From positions 1 to 29,148 of IMG/VR virus record IMGVR_UViG_3300010398_000448: a DNA stretch of 29,148 bases. One strand, 5' to 3'. Every line of letters begins with the position of its first letter. Position 1 is the first letter of the stretch. The notes under the pieces were generated by a model, which saw only the letters and a program-made list of their open reading frames with translations, made no database searches and had not been told where the DNA came from. The position numbers and the translations under genes were made by a program. This DNA comes from a virus (lineage: Duplodnaviria; Caudoviricetes). Positions 24,537 through 29,148 of this stretch are shown here, piece after piece.

Positions 24537-25222
24537 GAGTCCACACAGTTCTGTTATTCGATATCGAGAGCGGCATCCTGGAGTTTGAGGAAGGCTACGA
24601 TTGGGAAGGGCCCGTAGCTCGATTTGACCGGGCTTTGACCAACCAAGCAACTCAGGCCGCGCAAACCGCCCAGCAGCAAGCGGCGGGATACGGCGCCACG
24701 GCGGGCCAGATTCAGGGAGGTCTTATCCCGGAATTGCAGCGGTTTGCTGCAACTCCTCCAGGATTCGGAACGGACCTCGGCGCGATGGAGACGGCTGCAA
24801 TGGGGAGCGCGGCGGCGGCTACGGGAGCGTCGGCGGAACAATCAGCCCTTCGTGCCATGCGAACTGGGAATGTCGCCGGTCTTGGCGCGGAGCAAGTAGG
24901 GGCGGCGGGTATGGCGGCCCGAGCTGGCGGCAGCGCTCTCCAGAACATTCTCGCTAAGAATGCGGAGTTAAAGGCCAGCCAGCAACAGGCGGCGCTCGGG
25001 GGTCTGGAAAGGCTTACCGGGGAAGACATTCACGGTCAAGCGGCGATGGCTGGACTTATTCCGCATGATATTGATGCAGCGATTCAAGCCCAGAGAGTAG
25101 GATGGTTGCAAAATCTTCCTACGATTATGGGCCTTGCTGGGAATGTGGCGGGCGGAATAGCGGGACTGCTTCCGGAACAGACATCTAATTTTCCAGGTGG
25201 GGGCGGGCTTTTAGGTGGCTGA
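24533..25222 (+). CDS. Putative DNA ejection (pilot) protein, Ala/Gly/Gln-rich; start likely ATG 24533
   Basis: ATGA overlap; N-terminal Y.WEGPVA motif; C-terminal glycine-zipper-like segment. Confidence 0.7.
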   Translation: MRVHTVLLFDIESGILEFEEGYDWEGPVARFDRALTNQATQAAQTAQQQAAGYGATAGQIQGGLIPELQRFAATPPGFGTDLGAMETAAMGSAAAATGASAEQSALRAMRTGNVAGLGAEQVGAAGMAARAGGSALQNILAKNAELKASQQQAALGGLERLTGEDIHGQAAMAGLIPHDIDAAIQAQRVGWLQNLPTIMGLAGNVAGGIAGLLPEQTSNFPGGGGLLGG

Positions 25223-26561
25223 TAACAACAACCAAGAAGACGATGTAAAGATAACTTTAGGTCCGAAGTCTTCTCTTCAGATGTTGGGTAATGCCCTGTC
25301 AATGCCCCAGGGTCCTGGGAGAGCCTTAGCCAGCATCCTTGGTATGCCTGTGCCTGGAGGGATGCAACAAGGTCCCTTACCAGCTCAGCAACCAGCACAG
25401 TTACAAACTAGCGTACCGATGCGGGCTCCGCTTCTAGGTAGGATCGGGCATGTGATGGGGCAAATAGGCAAAGGGGCGCTTTTGGCGGCAAGCCCTCAAT
25501 CTGCGCCGCTAGTTCCTGGTACTGAACAGTACCGCGAGCGCCAAGCGAAAGAAGCCCAGCAGGCGCAACTAGCGCAGAGTGAAGTTAGTTTACGGGAAGC
25601 TGAAGCTAAAAAGGCGGCTGAACCACATGCTCCGGTTGCAGTTGAAGGTGGAGCTTGGCTGCAAGATCCTGAAACGGGAGAGTGGGGATTTAGAGCTGGT
25701 GAAGGTGCAAAAACTCAGAAGCCGGAGGACATAGTTAAGGAATACTCATCAGCTCTGGCGCAGGGAGACAAGGCCAAAATAGCTTTATTGGCTCCTCGGG
25801 TTAAGCAGTTTTATGAGACAACGACTGGAGTAAAAGAAGGGGAAGCCGAAAAGCGCCAAGCGGAAAGGGAAGCTGCGGAAGCTGCACGGCAGCAGGCAAC
25901 TGCTACGGCCAGCGCTGAGCGCCAAGAGAAAATGATTTCCGCTGAAAGTGAGCGGCAACAAAAATCTCTTCAAGCTCAATCTGAGAATCTTGATAAACGT
26001 CTGTCTTTTGAGCAAGAAGCGCTTGACAAGCGATTAGCGAAAACGGAGGAAAGTAAGGATAAGTCTCTGCGGGAAAAAGTTGTCAATTATTACGATCAAG
26101 CAATGAACGCTGATACGAGGCTTCAACTAATGCGGCAAAGCGCCGAGAACGCCAAGCAGGGCGATCAGCAGGCTATGGTCAATATCCTCTCGAATCACGT
26201 TGCTATGGTTCAAGGTATTCCTCGTGGCAAGGTGCCACGTGTTTCTCAACAGATGTTCAAGGAGGCCCAAGAGTCATCGCCAGTCTTAAAAAGGATTGCG
26301 GCTCATTTTGACAAGGAAGGCTATTTGACTGGGGTTGTTCTTACACCACAGCAAATAGATCAAATGCTGAAGCTTGGTCAAGAAACCCGAGATACGGAGT
26401 GGCAAACGGCTCGCAATAAAGCTCATTACGTTGGTGTCTATGATGAGCCGACATCACTTTTCCCGGCCGCTGGAGGCGGTCCAACTCCTAGCGGAGCACC
26501 TGAAGTTGGAAGTGACGAACACGTAAGGCAATGGCTTGAACGTCGCAAGGAGGCTAAGTAA
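25215..26561 (+). CDS. Putative internal virion/ejection protein, coiled-coil
   Basis: E/K/Q/A-rich helical sequence; synteny. Confidence 0.65.
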   Translation: MADNNNQEDDVKITLGPKSSLQMLGNALSMPQGPGRALASILGMPVPGGMQQGPLPAQQPAQLQTSVPMRAPLLGRIGHVMGQIGKGALLAASPQSAPLVPGTEQYRERQAKEAQQAQLAQSEVSLREAEAKKAAEPHAPVAVEGGAWLQDPETGEWGFRAGEGAKTQKPEDIVKEYSSALAQGDKAKIALLAPRVKQFYETTTGVKEGEAEKRQAEREAAEAARQQATATASAERQEKMISAESERQQKSLQAQSENLDKRLSFEQEALDKRLAKTEESKDKSLREKVVNYYDQAMNADTRLQLMRQSAENAKQGDQQAMVNILSNHVAMVQGIPRGKVPRVSQQMFKEAQESSPVLKRIAAHFDKEGYLTGVVLTPQQIDQMLKLGQETRDTEWQTARNKAHYVGVYDEPTSLFPAAGGGPTPSGAPEVGSDEHVRQWLERRKEAK

Positions 26562-27589
26562 TGGGCGCTTTTGGGCAACAGTTTCAGCAACTTTCCTTGC
26601 AAGATAAGGACGCATATCTGCGTGAATTTTCGCCAGCATTCAAAGGCATGGAACCTAAAGACCAATCTGCTTACCTGAACGAGGTTCATTACGGTGCCGC
26701 GCCGGCTGCAACCGAAGCGCCCTTATCGCAAAGAATTGGTAAAGGTCTAAAAGAAGCTGCAATGGATGTGTTGGGTGGTCCGGGTTCAATTTTGGGTATG
26801 GCTGGACCGGCTGGGGCTGGAGCGGGTTTTCAAGCTGCTGGTGAACTAGGGGCAAAGGCTGCGCTCGCTCCGACTGCGGTAGAGACGGTCGGTTATATGG
26901 GAGCAGGTTTGCTTGGTCCTATGGGTGGGTATGCTGCTAGCCTCGGAGAAGAATTGGGGCAAGATCCTGCGGCTGGATTGGCGCATATGGCTGGTGTTAT
27001 TGGAGGTGGGAAGCTTGCTACTAAGGGCCTTGAATATCTTCCAAGAGATATTGGTCCGACAGGACTTGCTATTCGTCATCCTATGGCTACCAAGACTCTG
27101 GCGGGGGGGGTGCTGGGCAAAGTCATTGGGGGTCCAGAACTAGTTCGGGCAGCAGAAGAAAACGCAATCGAGCAAGTAATTAGGGGAGAACGTTCTTTAG
27201 ATGAGTTGCCGGATCGCCTCATGCCCCGATATATGAGCGAATTGAAGGCTAGGGCTAATGCCTATGCGCGACGATCTGTAGAAACCGGTCAGCCGATTGA
27301 GACCTTTAAGCTGCCTACTGGGCTAAAAGAAGCTGTGGAAAAGACTCTTGAAGAAAAAGTCAAGATGCAGCCGATTGAACCTCGGGCTGTTCTTACGGAA
27401 GAAGAACTTCAGACGATGAGTCAACAACAAAGGCTTACGGCTGCCCAAAAGGAAGCAATGCAGCCCAAGGCCAGTATGAGGGGCATGGCTCATGCGGCGG
27501 GCGAGCACGAGGAAATCTGGAGACCGTCTGCCCGCGGAGAGAAAAGAGGTACAAGCAAGTCTTACAGAATTGAGCCGAGATTACCGTGA
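26561..27589 (+). CDS. Putative internal virion/ejection protein
   Basis: TAATG coupling; Gly/Ala-rich hydrophobic helices. Confidence 0.65.
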   Translation: MGAFGQQFQQLSLQDKDAYLREFSPAFKGMEPKDQSAYLNEVHYGAAPAATEAPLSQRIGKGLKEAAMDVLGGPGSILGMAGPAGAGAGFQAAGELGAKAALAPTAVETVGYMGAGLLGPMGGYAASLGEELGQDPAAGLAHMAGVIGGGKLATKGLEYLPRDIGPTGLAIRHPMATKTLAGGVLGKVIGGPELVRAAEENAIEQVIRGERSLDELPDRLMPRYMSELKARANAYARRSVETGQPIETFKLPTGLKEAVEKTLEEKVKMQPIEPRAVLTEEELQTMSQQQRLTAAQKEAMQPKASMRGMAHAAGEHEEIWRPSARGEKRGTSKSYRIEPRLP

Positions 27590-27601
27590 GGAGGAGAGAA
27601 A

Positions 27602-27982
27602 ATGGCACAGTCAAAACCGATATTGGTACTCAACGCATCACCCAGCGATCAGGGATTTACCGATAACCATGTTTATTTCTGTGGAGCCTTGAGCTTTTCT
27701 GCGGCGACGGGCTCAACCAATGCTGACACATATTTAACCAACGGTCTTCCATTCACGATTCGGCCAGCAGGAAATGATGCCGTGCTGTACACTCAGAATG
27801 CGCCCTTCTTTGGGCGGTTCGAGTCGTACACCAGCACCACGAACGTCTATAAGTTCGATCCCGTGCATAACACAATCAGGATAATTGTATCCGGCACAGA
27901 GTTGGCGAATGGTGCGGCCATTGGCGCGGGTGTGTTTGGAGATTCTGTCACCGGATACATTATGGCGAACCGCGCACCCTAG
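27602..27982 (+). CDS. Putative small virion structural protein
   Basis: SD GAGGAG; DTY..NG.P, YKFD....TIRI..SGTELA beta pattern. Confidence 0.65.
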   Translation: MAQSKPILVLNASPSDQGFTDNHVYFCGALSFSAATGSTNADTYLTNGLPFTIRPAGNDAVLYTQNAPFFGRFESYTSTTNVYKFDPVHNTIRIIVSGTELANGAAIGAGVFGDSVTGYIMANRAP

Positions 27983-27990
27983 AGGTTTAT

Positions 27991-28365
27991 ATGGCAACTA
28001 ATTTCTGGAATATTGGTGTCCGCTGTCTTCAACCGGGCGGCTACCCAATGGTTGTTGTCAACGGGGCTACGACAACCGGAACGGCCGCGAGTATACCTTT
28101 CTGTCTTCCGACCCGGCCCGGCGAAGGCCCCCCAGCAACGTGGATTACGCTTACGGGGTCTTCGGGGATAACAGCATTGAGCGCCATAGTGCAGGTCTCC
28201 TATGACAATGGAGTGAGTTGGCAGAAATACGGACCGAATACGTTCGATCTTTTTGCGAACCCGTCTATGCCGGTTACTCCTGCTGCTCCTGTGGGTTGCC
28301 TGCTTAGACTTTCAATAAGTACATTTACGGGAACGTCGGCAACAATTTCGGCGGCGGCCGATTAA
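27991..28365 (+). CDS. Putative small beta-sandwich virion protein
   Basis: SD GAGG; VQVSYDNGVSW motif. Confidence 0.65.
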   Translation: MATNFWNIGVRCLQPGGYPMVVVNGATTTGTAASIPFCLPTRPGEGPPATWITLTGSSGITALSAIVQVSYDNGVSWQKYGPNTFDLFANPSMPVTPAAPVGCLLRLSISTFTGTSATISAAAD

Positions 28366-28367
28366 CG

Positions 28368-28553
28368 ATGCCGGTTGACATTGCCCGAGAGATAGCGCAT
28401 TACCGCAACTGGCCGGGGCACAACTGGCTTTCTGAAGCTCTGCGTAAGTTACAAGATCATTCCAATTCGCTTGCTTCTCAGAAGGCAGTGAGCGATTTAC
28501 AGACTCAATTGACGGCGGCGCTTGCACGAATAGCGGCGCTCGAAAAGAAATGA
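28368..28553 (+). CDS. Small coiled-coil protein
   Basis: LQTQLTAALARIAALE. Confidence 0.65.
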   Translation: MPVDIAREIAHYRNWPGHNWLSEALRKLQDHSNSLASQKAVSDLQTQLTAALARIAALEKK

Positions 28554-28560
28554 ATAGGCC

Positions 28561-28893
28561 GTGCCTATACGCATCACATCCCCACCGAGTGAAGCTTATC
28601 TAAAGGCCATACGGGCCGGTTCGTCTGCCCCACAGATCATTGAAAAAGTAATTGAGAAGCGGATTGAAATCCCAGTCCCGGTGGAGGTGCGCGTTGAAGT
28701 TCCCGTTGAAAAACTGGTTGAAATCCCTGTGGAGCGGATTGTCCACGTTGAAAAGCAAGTTGAGATCCCAGTTTACATCAAAGAAACAGTCGAAGTCACC
28801 AGGATCGAAAGCCTGAGTTCAAAGCAGATTATCGGTGAATTGTGGAAGCGCCTGAAGGCTTGGGTCGCTCGGGGGTTCAAACATGGCAGCTAA
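28561..28893 (+). CDS. Hypothetical protein with E(I/V)PVE(K/R) repeats
   Basis: IEIPVPVEVRVEVPVEKLVEIPVERIVHVEKQVEIPV. Confidence 0.65.
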   Translation: MPIRITSPPSEAYLKAIRAGSSAPQIIEKVIEKRIEIPVPVEVRVEVPVEKLVEIPVERIVHVEKQVEIPVYIKETVEVTRIESLSSKQIIGELWKRLKAWVARGFKHGS

Positions 28894-29148
28894 TCCTTAT
28901 ATGCACTCGTTTGTTTTGGCATCTGGAAGCACGGCCTACAATCTAGCGACTTTGATTAAGGGTGATCCCAACGCTCCAAACTTGAGTGTTATTCAAGACA
29001 TGACCGTACAAGTTCCCCTGCGTAGTGGGAATGCTAGGATTTATTTAGGCAACGGCGACATCACGGCAACAAATTGCGGAACTGAGCTTTCCGCCGGTCA
29101 GGCAATAGCCTTTACTGCGGTACCCCCTAATTGGCTGAACCTTCAATC
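28883..29148 (+). CDS. Hypothetical (likely structural) protein, truncated by the window end (MAANPYMHSFVLASG...)
   Basis: Open frame from ATG 28883 to the end; overlaps the previous stop. Confidence 0.6.
   Translation, partial: MAANPYMHSFVLASGSTAYNLATLIKGDPNAPNLSVIQDMTVQVPLRSGNARIYLGNGDITATNCGTELSAGQAIAFTAVPPNWLNLQ

Noticed and set aside
1-29148. CRISPR array, tRNA/rRNA, integrase, reverse transcriptase/DGR, stop-codon recoding
   Set aside because: No regular repeat-spacer array, cloverleaf or RT motifs seen; the repeated modules differ at all base types rather than only at adenines; genes are full length under the standard code.

Overview
A 29-kb segment of a tailed dsDNA phage or prophage with a P22/podovirus-like gene order. 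Almost all genes are on the + strand and tightly coupled. From left to right: a divergent early/control region (two sigma70-like promoters sharing a palindromic operator), a gutted DNA methyltransferase carrying inserted cassettes, membrane and Ig/Fn3 genes, terS and terL, a cluster of small Cys-rich accessory genes, and a portal protein with a whole histidine-phosphatase domain inserted in frame. These are followed by a scaffold, a major capsid gene with a structured leader, three genes sharing one repeated head-binding-like module (including a beta-helix tailspike with a Sec-type signal peptide), an adaptor, a tail nozzle, a GNAT-like protein, ejection proteins and small structural genes. 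The Fn3/Ig protein style hints at an Acidobacteriota host (inference only). Two signals stand out. (1) Two unrelated antisense HNH genes are each inserted exactly at a stop/start gene junction, and each carries the same twin-hairpin + TATAAT module, whose G-U pairing favours the strand opposite the HNH mRNA. (2) The portal-histidine phosphatase fusion. All functional calls come from motif recognition and synteny; no database searches were run.
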